Shown: piece by piece, positions 9,778 through 19,190 of the stretch
Layout: every line of letters starts with the position of its first letter
How positions within the stretch are numbered: position 1 is the first letter of the stretch
Source of the DNA: Sulfurimonas sp.
GTDB taxonomy: Bacteria; Campylobacterota; Campylobacteria; Campylobacterales; Sulfurimonadaceae
Assembly: GCA_034005845.1 (NCBI GenBank)
Contig: JAVETX010000002.1
Location: 2,342 to 66,341 of the forward strand
Length of the DNA stretch: 64,000 bases
Direction of reading: 5' to 3'
Translations under genes and position numbers: made by a program
The notes under the pieces: model-generated
Databases searched by the model: none
Seen by the model: only the letters and a program-made list of their open reading frames with translations
Told to the model about the DNA's origin: nothing

Positions 9778-11027
9778 TGATGGGAAAAAGAAAGAATCTA
9801 GCACTTAGTATGCTCTTGGGATGTGGCGCTTTATTTGCAAATGATGAGGTCGAGGTTTTACGCAAGCAGGTGCAAGAACTCAGTCAAAAAATAGACTCTA
9901 TTGAGAAGCAGCAAAAGGTGCAAAAAGGGGTCTTAGAGCTTGTCTCAACCGATACGGTTTTGAGTATTGGTGGGCGTATTCAGCTCAACGGTGCTTACTC
10001 TTCTCCTGATGCGTCTTATTTTGCAAGTAAGATCCCTGCTAATAGCGAGCAAAAGAGTGATAAGTTTTCTATGAATGCGCGCGATAGTAGATTGTGGGTC
10101 AAGACACGTACACCCTCTGAATATGGGATGATCCGCACCACCTTAGAGATCGATTTTTTTGGCTCTGCTGCGACGAATGTAAGTGTGAATGATCATAACC
10201 CAAGATTGCGTCATGCCTATGTACAGGTGGGTGATTTTGGTTTTGGGCAAACCAACTCTGCGTTTAATTCCGTTGTCGCGATTGAGACAGCAAACTACGC
10301 GATGGATGATACTTTCGTGCGCCAGCCTGTGGTGCGTTATACACATAATAGTGGTGATTGGGCTTGGGATGTATCGTTTGAAGAGCCAAATGCGATGTTT
10401 TTTAAAGATGGCTCTAGCTCTTTAGTAAAAGGGGGAAGTGATACACTCCCAGATCTTGTACTGCGCGGGCGTTATTTTGATACTTGGGGCGAGGTGGGGC
10501 TTGCGTATCTCTCTCGTTATATCCGCTATAAAGAAGATGATAATACTTTGCCAACTTTTGGAACGAGTGATGCCAAATATGGCTATGGACTCAATCTCTC
10601 AGGACGTATCAAAACCTTCGGTCTTGATGGTATCCGTTTTAATGCGCACTATGGAGAGGGGAGTGGACGCTATATCGCTTACAATGGCTTTGGAGCGGGA
10701 ACTATTACATCCCAAGGTGCTATAGAGCTCACAGAGATCTATGGGGGGCATATTGGGTATCGCCATTGGTGGAGTACAAAACTTCGCTCTACTTTGGCAT
10801 TTTCTTATATAGGTGCGAATACATCCGATGAAGCATTAGGTTATGGTGGTGATCCTAAGAAAACTAACATCACAAAAGAGAGTTATGCAACACAACTCAA
10901 TCTTTTTTACAATCCTCTCAAAAATCTTTTGGCTGGTGTAGAGCTGAGTGATGCAACGAGAAAGTTCAAAGATGGGCGTCGAGGAGACGCGCAGGCTGTC
11001 AACTTGATCGTGCGTTTTGACTTTTAG
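9777..11027 (+). CDS. DcaP-like outer-membrane porin
   Basis: Signal peptide, N-terminal coiled coil (VLRKQVQELSQKI), ARDSRLWVKT, PRLRHAY, RQPVVRY, C-terminal aromatic RFDF. ATG overlaps the upstream TAA. Confidence 0.78.
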   Translation: MMGKRKNLALSMLLGCGALFANDEVEVLRKQVQELSQKIDSIEKQQKVQKGVLELVSTDTVLSIGGRIQLNGAYSSPDASYFASKIPANSEQKSDKFSMNARDSRLWVKTRTPSEYGMIRTTLEIDFFGSAATNVSVNDHNPRLRHAYVQVGDFGFGQTNSAFNSVVAIETANYAMDDTFVRQPVVRYTHNSGDWAWDVSFEEPNAMFFKDGSSSLVKGGSDTLPDLVLRGRYFDTWGEVGLAYLSRYIRYKEDDNTLPTFGTSDAKYGYGLNLSGRIKTFGLDGIRFNAHYGEGSGRYIAYNGFGAGTITSQGAIELTEIYGGHIGYRHWWSTKLRSTLAFSYIGANTSDEALGYGGDPKKTNITKESYATQLNLFYNPLKNLLAGVELSDATRKFKDGRRGDAQAVNLIVRFDF

Positions 11028-11917
11028 TAGATATCTTCCACCGCGTTCATCTCTGAGTCATCATAGGGATCCATGTGAATGAGGGTATGAACATACTTCT
11101 CTTCAAAAGCATCACGAAACTTTGCTTCGAGCCTATCCGAGACGAGATGGGCATCATAGAGTGAGATGCTCACATTAAAGACGGTATGCACAGAGATAAA
11201 GATGTGCGAGCCCGATTCTCTTGTTTTGAGATCATGATAGCCTGTGATATCCTTTTCATCTTCTAAAATCGCCTCGATGGTAGCTACATCCTCAGCGGAA
11301 AGTGCGGCATCGAGCAACATCAAAAGCCCCTCTTTGATAATTGGTACTGCTGAATAGATCATATAAAAGGCTATACCGATCCCAAGTATTGGGTCGATGA
11401 GGTGTTCTCCTGTATAGGCGATGAGCCCGAGTGCTAGTAAGATAGCTCCGTTAGAGTAGAGGTCTGTTTTGTAGTGAAGCGCGTCTGCTTTGATCACCAT
11501 ATTTTTTGTTTTTTTAGCGACGTAGTTTAAAAACGCAACTAAAAAAGCGGTGATAACAAAAGAGGCGATCATCACCAAAACACTTGTACCCACATACTCC
11601 ATAGGCTTGTAGTGGATGATCTTTGCGATCGCTTCATAGAGGATAAAGAGCGCTGAAAAAGAGATCACGACACCCTCTATCACAGCAGCAAGTGGCTCTA
11701 TTTTGCTTCGTCCGTAGTGAAATTTATCATCAGGGTCTTTTTCTGCACTGTTGAGCGCGAAGTAGTTAAAGAGTGAGACTGTGAGATCTAAAAGCGAATC
11801 GATCGCTGAGGCTAAAACCGCGATAGAGCCACTAAAAAGCCCAACTGTCATTTTCATAAGTACAAGTACAGCGGCTACACTCGTTGAGACAACGGTAGCT
11901 TTCTTTTCTAATCGCAT
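11024..11917 (-). CDS. Cation diffusion facilitator (FieF-like)
   Basis: ASAIDSLLD, FHYGRSKIE, ADALHYKTD, C-terminal HLVSD and IHMDP. Confidence 0.92.
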   Translation of the reverse strand: MRLEKKATVVSTSVAAVLVLMKMTVGLFSGSIAVLASAIDSLLDLTVSLFNYFALNSAEKDPDDKFHYGRSKIEPLAAVIEGVVISFSALFILYEAIAKIIHYKPMEYVGTSVLVMIASFVITAFLVAFLNYVAKKTKNMVIKADALHYKTDLYSNGAILLALGLIAYTGEHLIDPILGIGIAFYMIYSAVPIIKEGLLMLLDAALSAEDVATIEAILEDEKDITGYHDLKTRESGSHIFISVHTVFNVSISLYDAHLVSDRLEAKFRDAFEEKYVHTLIHMDPYDDSEMNAVEDIY

Positions 11918-11980
11918 CAAATTTCCTATAGATAACTTTAGGTACAATTATAATTAAAATTTTTTAAGATAAAGTATAAA

Positions 11981-12874
11981 ATGAATATTGACGCATTAAG
12001 ACAAGAGAGACAAAAATGGATGGGGTGGAAAAACATTGCCCCACTACGCCAAGCTTTAGAGAGCCTGCAAGAGGGATCTTGGGATGTAGAGCTAGGAGAT
12101 GTTGTAAAGATCAGTGGTAATTATGCTACACCTTCGGATGTAGAGGGTGTGGCAAGACTGATGATGCCATGGCGCAAAGGACCTTTTGAACTTTTTGATA
12201 CTTACATAGATACCGAGTGGAAGAGTGATATTAAGTACAATCTTTTGCGCAAGCATTTTGATTTACAAGATAAGAAAGTTGCCGATATAGGGTGTAACAA
12301 CGGGTACTATCTTTTTCGAATGCAAGAGGATAAACCAAAGTTGCTTGTGGGTTTTGACCCTTCACCTCTTTATAAGACACAGTTTGATTTTATCAACCAT
12401 TTTGTCAAAAGCGATATTGTGTATGAGCTTTTGGGTGTGGAGCATCTTGAGTTCTATGAGCAGAAATTTGATACTATCTTTTGTTTGGGCGTGCTCTATC
12501 ACCGAAGCGATCCTGTAGCGATGCTCAAATCTTTGTATCGTGGACTCGAAAAGGGTGGGGAGCTGATCCTTGATACTTTTTATATTGATGGAGAAGATGA
12601 GATGGCTTTGTGCCCTGAATCATCTTACTCGAAGATACCAAATATCTATTTTGTCCCGACGATCAAAGCGCTTGAAAACTGGTGCAAACGTGCAGGATTT
12701 AGTGACTTTGAGGTTTTAGAAACCTCTGTGACAACATCTGAGGAACAACGCAAAACAGACTGGATAGAGGGGCAATCGCTTGAAGATTTTTTAGATCCTG
12801 AGGATCCGAGCAAGACGGTTGAGGGGTATCCAGCACCCAAAAGAGTTTATGTGAAAATGAAAAAGGAAAAATAA
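11981..12874 (+). CDS. cmoB: tRNA U34 carboxymethyltransferase CmoB
   Basis: [48 protein letters not shown]. Confidence 0.95.
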   Translation: MNIDALRQERQKWMGWKNIAPLRQALESLQEGSWDVELGDVVKISGNYATPSDVEGVARLMMPWRKGPFELFDTYIDTEWKSDIKYNLLRKHFDLQDKKVADIGCNNGYYLFRMQEDKPKLLVGFDPSPLYKTQFDFINHFVKSDIVYELLGVEHLEFYEQKFDTIFCLGVLYHRSDPVAMLKSLYRGLEKGGELILDTFYIDGEDEMALCPESSYSKIPNIYFVPTIKALENWCKRAGFSDFEVLETSVTTSEEQRKTDWIEGQSLEDFLDPEDPSKTVEGYPAPKRVYVKMKKEK

Positions 12875-13380
12875 TGGCTAAAAATAAAACGGCTAGCACT
12901 AAAAACGATAGAGAGATGGATGAAGAGCTCGAAGGGGATGATTTTGTAGAAGAACATAATAATCAGGTTGTTCTTAATACCCATGAAACGATCAACCGTG
13001 ATCTGTGTGGTGAGATCATGAAGCTTGAACGCGGCTATGTAGAGCTTCGCCTCACGACCACTTCTGAGATGATCGTGGATAATATGGGTCTGATCCACGG
13101 AGGTTTCGTCTTTGGTGCAGCTGACTTTGCAGCGATGGCGTGTGTCAATGAAAAAAATGTGGTGCTTGTGGGGAGTGACTGTCAGTTCCTCTCCCCTGTA
13201 AAGTTTGGTGATGAGGTGAACTTTGTAGGGCGTGTACGCCACAAAGAGGGAAGAAAAAGAAATGTGCACGTAGAGGGTTTTGTGCTTGATATCAAAGTGT
13301 TTGAGGGGGAGTTTAAAACAGTGGTTTTAGAGCGCCATGTCTTAAAGCTCAAGCTCTTAGATGAACATGAAGAGAAGTAG
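12874..13380 (+). CDS. Hotdog-fold (PaaI-like) thioesterase
   Basis: GLIHGGFVFGAADFAAM, QFLSPVKFGD. Confidence 0.85.
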   Translation: MAKNKTASTKNDREMDEELEGDDFVEEHNNQVVLNTHETINRDLCGEIMKLERGYVELRLTTTSEMIVDNMGLIHGGFVFGAADFAAMACVNEKNVVLVGSDCQFLSPVKFGDEVNFVGRVRHKEGRKRNVHVEGFVLDIKVFEGEFKTVVLERHVLKLKLLDEHEEK

Positions 13381-14202
13381 GCTCAGCGCCATTACTAACA
13401 TCCCAAGCGTGATCCCTGCGAGAGTGGTGTGTGCATTGCCATAGACTCTTGCAGCGGGTAAGAGCTCATCAAAAGAGATATAGATCATAATCCCCGCGAC
13501 CACTCCAAAAGTGATCCCCAAAGTAAAATCCCCCATAAATGGAAGCAGTACAAAAAAGCCCAAGATCGCACCGATGGGTTCTGCAAGCCCTGAGAGTGTT
13601 GCGTACCAAAAAGCTTTTTTCTTCTCTCCTGTCGCGTGGTAGATCGGCAAAGAGACCGCCATCCCCTCTGGGATATTATGCAGCGCGATCGCAAGGGCGA
13701 TACTCACCCCCAAGGTCACATCATCGAGTGCAGAGACAAAGGTTGCAAAACCCTCTGGAAAGTTGTGGATACCAATGGCGAGTGCGGTAAAGATGCCTGT
13801 TCTTCTGAGTGCTGAAGTGCTTATCACACTGTTTTGATTTTCGGGTTTGAGCTCTAAAAGATCATTGTTACTTTTTGGTTCGTGGGGGTTGACATCCTCA
13901 GGAACAAAATAATCGATCACAGCACTCAGAGCCATCCCTGCAAAAAAAGCAAGAATAGTGTAAAGCTCAGCACTCATCTCACTCTTAGAGAGATCTAAAA
14001 ATGCCTGAGTCGATTTTGGGAGGATCTCCATAAAAGAGACATAGATCATCACCCCCGCTGAAAAGCCTAGCCCTATAGAGAGAAATATGTGGTTTTTTGC
14101 ATGAGAAAAAAAGGCGAGCAGGGCACCCACAGATGTTGCAAGCCCTGCAAAGAGTGTGAGTGCAAATGCAAGAAGATAGGTCTCAAGGGCTAGGTCTTGC
14201 AT
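13357..14202 (-). CDS. zupT: ZIP-family zinc transporter ZupT
   Basis: GFSAGVMIYVSF, AIGIHNFPEG, IALHNIPEGMAVS, SGLAEPIGA, ISFDELLP. Confidence 0.93.
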   Translation of the reverse strand: MQDLALETYLLAFALTLFAGLATSVGALLAFFSHAKNHIFLSIGLGFSAGVMIYVSFMEILPKSTQAFLDLSKSEMSAELYTILAFFAGMALSAVIDYFVPEDVNPHEPKSNNDLLELKPENQNSVISTSALRRTGIFTALAIGIHNFPEGFATFVSALDDVTLGVSIALAIALHNIPEGMAVSLPIYHATGEKKKAFWYATLSGLAEPIGAILGFFVLLPFMGDFTLGITFGVVAGIMIYISFDELLPAARVYGNAHTTLAGITLGMLVMALSLLLFMFI

Positions 14203-14209
14203 CTACATC

Positions 14210-14956
14210 CTAAGCTTTGCTTTGAGGAAACATCTTGCTGATATCTCCTGAAAATGGAAAAACGATCGTGTTCGTTTTGTCATTAGAAATATCACTGAGT
14301 GTTTGTAAGTAGCGCAGTTGCAAGGCTTGCGGATTTTGTGCCAAGACATTTGCCGCTTCGAGAAGGTTTTGACTCGCTTCAAACTCCCCTTTGGCATTGA
14401 TCACTTTTGCACGTCTTTGACGCTCCGCCTCCGCTTGTTTTGCGATAGCGCGGATCATACTTTCATCAAGATCGATATGCTTGATCTCTACGTTTGAGAT
14501 CTTGATCCCCCACGCATCGGTTTGTTTATCAAGGATCTGTTGGATATCGTAGTTGAGCTTTTCACGCTCTGCGAGCATCTCATCGAGCTCGTGCCCACCG
14601 AGAACTGATCTGAGTGTGGTTTGGGCAAGTTGGGATGTAGCCGCATCAAAGTCTTCTACTTGGATGATCGCTTTTTCTGGATCGATCACTCTGTAGTACA
14701 CAACGGCATTGACATGAACAGAGACATTATCATGTGAGATTACATCCTGAGAAGGGACATCCAGCACGATCGTACGCAGATCAAGCCGCGCCATCTTTTG
14801 GATAAGTGGGATGATGATAATAAGCCCCGGACCTTTGACACCCGTAAAACGACCGAGGGTAAAGACAACCCCTCTTTGGTATTCGTTGAGAATGCGGATC
14901 GAAGCGGCGATAAGAAAGACAACGAAAAAGAGAAGGTAGATTGCAGTTTCGTACAT
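14210..14956 (-). CDS. SPFH/band-7 stomatin-like protein (slipin)
   Basis: [56 protein letters not shown]. Confidence 0.95.
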   Translation of the reverse strand: MYETAIYLLFFVVFLIAASIRILNEYQRGVVFTLGRFTGVKGPGLIIIIPLIQKMARLDLRTIVLDVPSQDVISHDNVSVHVNAVVYYRVIDPEKAIIQVEDFDAATSQLAQTTLRSVLGGHELDEMLAEREKLNYDIQQILDKQTDAWGIKISNVEIKHIDLDESMIRAIAKQAEAERQRRAKVINAKGEFEASQNLLEAANVLAQNPQALQLRYLQTLSDISNDKTNTIVFPFSGDISKMFPQSKA

Positions 14957-14959
14957 GAT

Positions 14960-15319
14960 TTACTCCTTTGGTTTGAGATGTAAAAGCAGACCAGCAAGTG
15001 CATCTACTTTAACGATCTGATTGATCTCTAAGGGCGTATCACTCACACCCTCCCAGGTTTCTGAATGGCAAGTGACAAGATAGCCATCCTCAGTTTTGGC
15101 GATCACCTTTGCATCGAGCCCTATCATCTCTTCCATACCTGTATCTGTAACTATCGAGCGTGACTTGATAATAAAATAGATACTATAGATGATAAAAGCA
15201 AAAGAGATAAGGGTAGAAGCGATAAGAATGGGAAAAAGGTGCTTGCACTCTGTGAGGATAAATGTCTTTTCAGAGGCGACGAGTGAGAAAGGAAAAAGTA
15301 GAGCGAATAACCTTTGCAT
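14960..15319 (-). CDS. Short NfeD-family protein (signal peptide + TM + OB fold), possibly internally deleted
   Basis: C-terminal TGMEEMIG...GYLVTCHSETW...INQIVKV OB-fold pattern; directly upstream of the slipin gene. Confidence 0.7.
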   Translation of the reverse strand: MQRLFALLFPFSLVASEKTFILTECKHLFPILIASTLISFAFIIYSIYFIIKSRSIVTDTGMEEMIGLDAKVIAKTEDGYLVTCHSETWEGVSDTPLEINQIVKVDALAGLLLHLKPKE

Positions 15320-15397
15320 AAGAAACTCCTTCGCACACTTAGGTAGCTATCATAGTAGCGAAGTTTCAAGAGAAAAGTCAAGAAACTTCAGTATCGT

Positions 15398-15997
15398 TTA
15401 TTTGCTCGCAGTCAGTAAGAAAACTCCAAAATCGCGGTGAGGTTTTTTGATGATATTGATACACTCACAGCGGATGTTTTGAAAGCCTGCTTCTTCTACG
15501 ATCTTGCAAAGAGACTCTGCTTCAAAACCGTAGTGGTGTACCCCTGTGTTGTCAGAGTGAAAGCTTCCATCTTCACTCTCAAGGTCAGCTATCGCGATAA
15601 AACCATCTTTTTTGATGTTTTTGTAAATAGTGGCAAAAAACTTCTCAAGGTGCTCTATATGGTGCAGAGTCATAGAACTGATAAGCCCATCATATTCTCC
15701 CTCAAGCGGTTGTGCGATGATGTTTTGTTGGAGAGGTTCTATAAAAAGCTCGGGAGTATTTTTCTCGCTGAGTTTCTCAAGCATACTCTCGGATGTATCG
15801 ACCCCGTACACCTTTTTGGCATGTTTGGCGATCTCAAAACCCAAAAGCCCCGTACCCACACCAAAGTCAATGATCTCCATCTCTTTGTTGATAGGAAACT
15901 GCTCTAAAATAGCCTCAGAGATCGTACGTGTATTTTGCTGACGAATTGAGCCTTTATCCCAATCTTTTGCCTTGTCTTGAAAATGATCTTGTTGCAT
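15398..15997 (-). CDS. Class I SAM-dependent methyltransferase
   Basis: IIDFGVGTGLL, GVDTSESML, SMTLHHI, IADLESEDGSFH. Confidence 0.9.
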   Translation of the reverse strand: MQQDHFQDKAKDWDKGSIRQQNTRTISEAILEQFPINKEMEIIDFGVGTGLLGFEIAKHAKKVYGVDTSESMLEKLSEKNTPELFIEPLQQNIIAQPLEGEYDGLISSMTLHHIEHLEKFFATIYKNIKKDGFIAIADLESEDGSFHSDNTGVHHYGFEAESLCKIVEEAGFQNIRCECINIIKKPHRDFGVFLLTASK

Positions 15998-16080
15998 CTT
16001 TACTCCGATAAATAGTGATAATTTTTTTGCATTATAGCTTGAGTTTATTAATGGTGTTTGGTGTGTTTATGTAAGAAGTG

Positions 16081-16110
16081 TACTCTCTCACGCGGGAGTA
16101 TGGGAGTGAG
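16081..16110. repeat. Possible degenerate REP-like hairpin
   Basis: GC-rich island in an AT-rich spacer; TACTCTC/GGGAGTA stem. The minus strand CTCCCATACTCCCGCGTGAGAG resembles CCCACGCT-CGCGTGGGA-type extragenic palindromes. Single copy in the window. Confidence 0.3.
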
Positions 16111-16172
16111 AAAAATATACATTTACAAACATTTTACAGCTTTGTAGTTTTGAGTCAATTTATCCTATTGTC

Positions 16173-16520
16173 TTACAACCCAAGATGTTTTGTTAATTTC
16201 GAATTCACTTCTAAAATTTCTTCTTGAGTTAGTGAGGTGAGAAGCTTGTCTAGCTGTATTCTACTGATATCTAAAGTGCACAATTCATTGACACATATTT
16301 CACAGGTTTTTTCTAGATTATCTCTTGATCGAATTTGTACTCTTAAGTCTCCGCCATAAAGATTGGTAGAGATAGGAATCACACTAACACCTTTAAATTC
16401 TACTTTGTCAATATTTCTATTTGCGACATCATTTTGAATGATTAATGCGGGTCTCACTTTTCCAAATTCGCTGTTATATTTTTTTCCAAAATTTACGAGG
16501 TATATCTCACCTCTTTTCAT
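16173..16520 (-). CDS. PemK/MazF-family toxin
   Basis: MKRGEIYLVNF...SEFGKVRPALIIQND, VIPIST, ELCTLDISRI; ATG overlaps the antitoxin stop (ATGA). Confidence 0.9.
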   Translation of the reverse strand: MKRGEIYLVNFGKKYNSEFGKVRPALIIQNDVANRNIDKVEFKGVSVIPISTNLYGGDLRVQIRSRDNLEKTCEICVNELCTLDISRIQLDKLLTSLTQEEILEVNSKLTKHLGL

Positions 16521-16768
16521 TTTTGAGACTCTTCAACCACAGCTTCGATCTCTAAAAACTCTTCGTGAGCTTGTTTTGACAAAGCTTGTTTGTTGTTCAT
16601 CAGATAAAGCTCGTCTTCTATCTTTTCTTTCACTTTTTCATATAATTCATAGGGGAGAACCACACTTCTGGTAATATGTTTTTTCGCATCTTCTATAAAT
16701 GTAATATCAGTAGGTCTTGTAACATAAGATGGCTTTTTGATGACATCACTTGAGTTTATCGTTAACAT
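16517..16768 (-). CDS. Putative antitoxin, Phd/YefM-like
   Basis: 83 aa, upstream of and coupled to the toxin, AGGAG RBS. MLTINSSD...ITFIED...SVVLPYELYEK resembles the Phd/YefM pattern; acidic C-terminus. Confidence 0.7.
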   Translation of the reverse strand: MLTINSSDVIKKPSYVTRPTDITFIEDAKKHITRSVVLPYELYEKVKEKIEDELYLMNNKQALSKQAHEEFLEIEAVVEESQK

Positions 16769-16791
16769 TGTAGTGCTCCTATTTTATTATT

Positions 16792-16827
16792 TGTACATAT
16801 TGTACTATTATATTATACTACTGTCAA
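16792..16827 (-). promoter_or_regulatory. Sigma70 promoter and operator of the TA operon
   Basis: Minus strand TTGACA (16827-16822)-N17-TACAAT (16804-16799), overlapped by AGTACA-ATA-TGTACA (16806-16792). Confidence 0.7.
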
Positions 16828-16840
16828 AACTCACAATACT

Positions 16841-17434
16841 TTAGAGCTGCTGTATCCAATAATCTGAATATTGTTGCTCTTGCTTGATAGTTGTAGTTCC
16901 ACCATGCCCTGGATAGATCGTCTTGTCATAAGGGATCGTCTTGAATTTTTGCAGACTTTTTTTCATATCCTCAGGGCTTGAGTAAGGAAAGTCAGTGCGC
17001 CCGATAGAGCGCTCAAAGATAAAATCTCCGCTAAACATCGCTTCACCGATCTCTATAGTAGAACATCCCGGGCAGTGTCCTGGGAAATGGCGAAATTTTA
17101 CTTTGACACCATCAAAATCAAGCTCCTCATCACCATCTACTTCATAATCAGGTGTAGATGGAGGAAGATCGGGCATCCAGTTACTTCCACTCAGTAACAT
17201 CACATCCCCTTTGGGAGTATAGAGCTCAACATTGAGTGCTTTTTGTAGTTCTGCATTGCTCCACACATGGTCAAAATGTCCGTGTGTGTTGAGGATCGCC
17301 ACAGGGTTTGTAACATTGTCTAAAACCCATGAGGTCGCATCTACTCCAGGATCTATAATAAAATCCTTTCCATCGACACTCACGATGTAACAATTTGTCT
17401 GGTATGCGCCCATAGGTTGAACTTTTATCTGCAT
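16841..17434 (-). CDS. MBL-fold metallo-hydrolase (glyoxalase II-like)
   Basis: YQTNCYIV, IIDPG, THGHFDH, PGHCPG, FSGDFIF, IYPGHG. Confidence 0.92.
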   Translation of the reverse strand: MQIKVQPMGAYQTNCYIVSVDGKDFIIDPGVDATSWVLDNVTNPVAILNTHGHFDHVWSNAELQKALNVELYTPKGDVMLLSGSNWMPDLPPSTPDYEVDGDEELDFDGVKVKFRHFPGHCPGCSTIEIGEAMFSGDFIFERSIGRTDFPYSSPEDMKKSLQKFKTIPYDKTIYPGHGGTTTIKQEQQYSDYWIQQL

Positions 17435-17485
17435 ATTTCACTCTTTTTTAGCCGGATTATAGCATCTTTGTTTTATCATTGCTTT

Positions 17486-18304
17486 ATGAATTTTTATCAA
17501 GAACTAGAATTAATCCTGCAAGCAAAAACATCCCAAGAGAAGTTTGTACACTTTGAGCGTTTTTACCAAGCATATAAAAATGAGACTCCTTGTTTTGAGA
17601 GCTCTGTGGTGGCTCAAGAGTTTGAAGAGCCCTCTTATGGTGAGCTGTGCAGGGTCGTTGCTCCACAAAAGGTACCAAAGCGAAGTAACCTTACATCCCA
17701 AGAGGGGCAGATCAATCTTTTGCATGCTATCGCGCATATAGAGTACTCTGCGATCGACCTTGCCCTTGATGCAGCGTATCGTTTTCGCTCTTTACCAAAA
17801 GAGTATTATGATGATTGGCTTGAGGTTGCCGATGATGAGATAAGACATTTTATAATGTTAGAAGAACTCTTGCAAGAACTTGGAGCAAACTATGGGGATG
17901 TTGAGGTGCACAATGCTCTTTTTGAAGCGAGTCAAAAGACCCAAACACTCTTAGAGCGCATGGCGGTTGTGCCACGCTATCTTGAAGCAAACGGGCTTGA
18001 TGCCACGCCGATGATACTTGAGAAACTTCAAAAATTGCCACAAAGTGAGATGCTTTGCAAGATTCAAGAGAAGCTCAAGATCATTTTGCACGAAGAGATA
18101 GACCATGTCAAAAAAGGGGATGTGTGGTTTCACTATGCGTGTGAGTTAGAAAAAACATCGCCTGATATCTATTTTGAGATCATAGACAAATACTATCCAC
18201 AAGGGTTTTTACGCCCAAAAAATCTCAATACACAAGCGAGAAAAGAGGCAGGATTTTCTTGTTCTGAACTCAACTTTATGGCAAAACGTGAAGTGTGTGT
18301 ATAA
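17486..18304 (+). CDS. Ferritin-like DUF455 protein
   Basis: LLHAIAHIEYSAIDLA, DEIRHF, VPRYLEANGLDA, EEIDHVKKG. Start moved from 17417 to 17486. Confidence 0.88.
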   Translation: MNFYQELELILQAKTSQEKFVHFERFYQAYKNETPCFESSVVAQEFEEPSYGELCRVVAPQKVPKRSNLTSQEGQINLLHAIAHIEYSAIDLALDAAYRFRSLPKEYYDDWLEVADDEIRHFIMLEELLQELGANYGDVEVHNALFEASQKTQTLLERMAVVPRYLEANGLDATPMILEKLQKLPQSEMLCKIQEKLKIILHEEIDHVKKGDVWFHYACELEKTSPDIYFEIIDKYYPQGFLRPKNLNTQARKEAGFSCSELNFMAKREVCV

Positions 18305-18374
18305 AAAAATCCTATTTTTACGAAACTTTGTTATAATATTTATTGTTAAAGTTTCTTAAAGGTTTGAACACAAG

Positions 18375-19181
18375 ATGGGAAAATATTCACAAATAGCTGA
18401 TTACCTCCAACGCTTTTTGGATGACGAAGTAAGAAAAACAGGAATCCAAAGAGTTGTCGTGGGGCTAAGTGGTGGGCTTGATTCTGCTGTAGTTGCAGTT
18501 TTGGCACACAAAACATTTGGAGATGATCTGTTGTGTGTGAAGATGCCCTCACACTACTCTTCGCAAAGCTCACTCGATGATGCAGATGCGCTTTGCAGGG
18601 ATTTTGGTATGCGCTCTATTGAATGTTCGATCGCACCTATGGTGCAGGCGTATGAAGCGATGCATCCAGATATGGATAATTTGCGCAAAGGGAACTTCTC
18701 TTCACGTATGCGTATGGCGACACTCTTTGACATCTCAGCACGTGAGAATGCGCTTGTGCTTGGTACGAGCAATAAAAGTGAATTGATGCTAGGCTATGGC
18801 ACACTCTATGGAGATCTCGCATCTGCGATCAACCCGATAGGTGATCTTTACAAGAGTGAAGTGTATGAGCTAGCAAGGTATCTTGGTGTGACAGAGGCAA
18901 TTATAAAAAAAGCTCCCTCTGCCGATCTGTGGGACGGACAAAGCGATGAAGAGGATCTAGGATATACCTATGCACAGCTCGATAGTGCGATGAAACTCTA
19001 TGTCGATGAAAGACTTAGCCCCGAGGAGATAGTGCTTCAAGGGGTAGATAAAGAGATGTTAGATATGATCATTTCACGAATTTTTCACAACCATTTTAAG
19101 AGAAAAATGCCTGTGATCGCCAAGCTTACATCCAGAACTATGAATCATGATTTTAATTATCCACGCGATATTACTTTATAA
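18375..19181 (+). CDS. nadE: NH3-dependent NAD+ synthetase
   Basis: GLSGGLDSAV, GTSNKSE, GYGTLYGD, PIGDLYKSEV, KAPSADLW. Confidence 0.96.
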   Translation: MGKYSQIADYLQRFLDDEVRKTGIQRVVVGLSGGLDSAVVAVLAHKTFGDDLLCVKMPSHYSSQSSLDDADALCRDFGMRSIECSIAPMVQAYEAMHPDMDNLRKGNFSSRMRMATLFDISARENALVLGTSNKSELMLGYGTLYGDLASAINPIGDLYKSEVYELARYLGVTEAIIKKAPSADLWDGQSDEEDLGYTYAQLDSAMKLYVDERLSPEEIVLQGVDKEMLDMIISRIFHNHFKRKMPVIAKLTSRTMNHDFNYPRDITL

Positions 19182-19190
19182 GGAAAAAAG

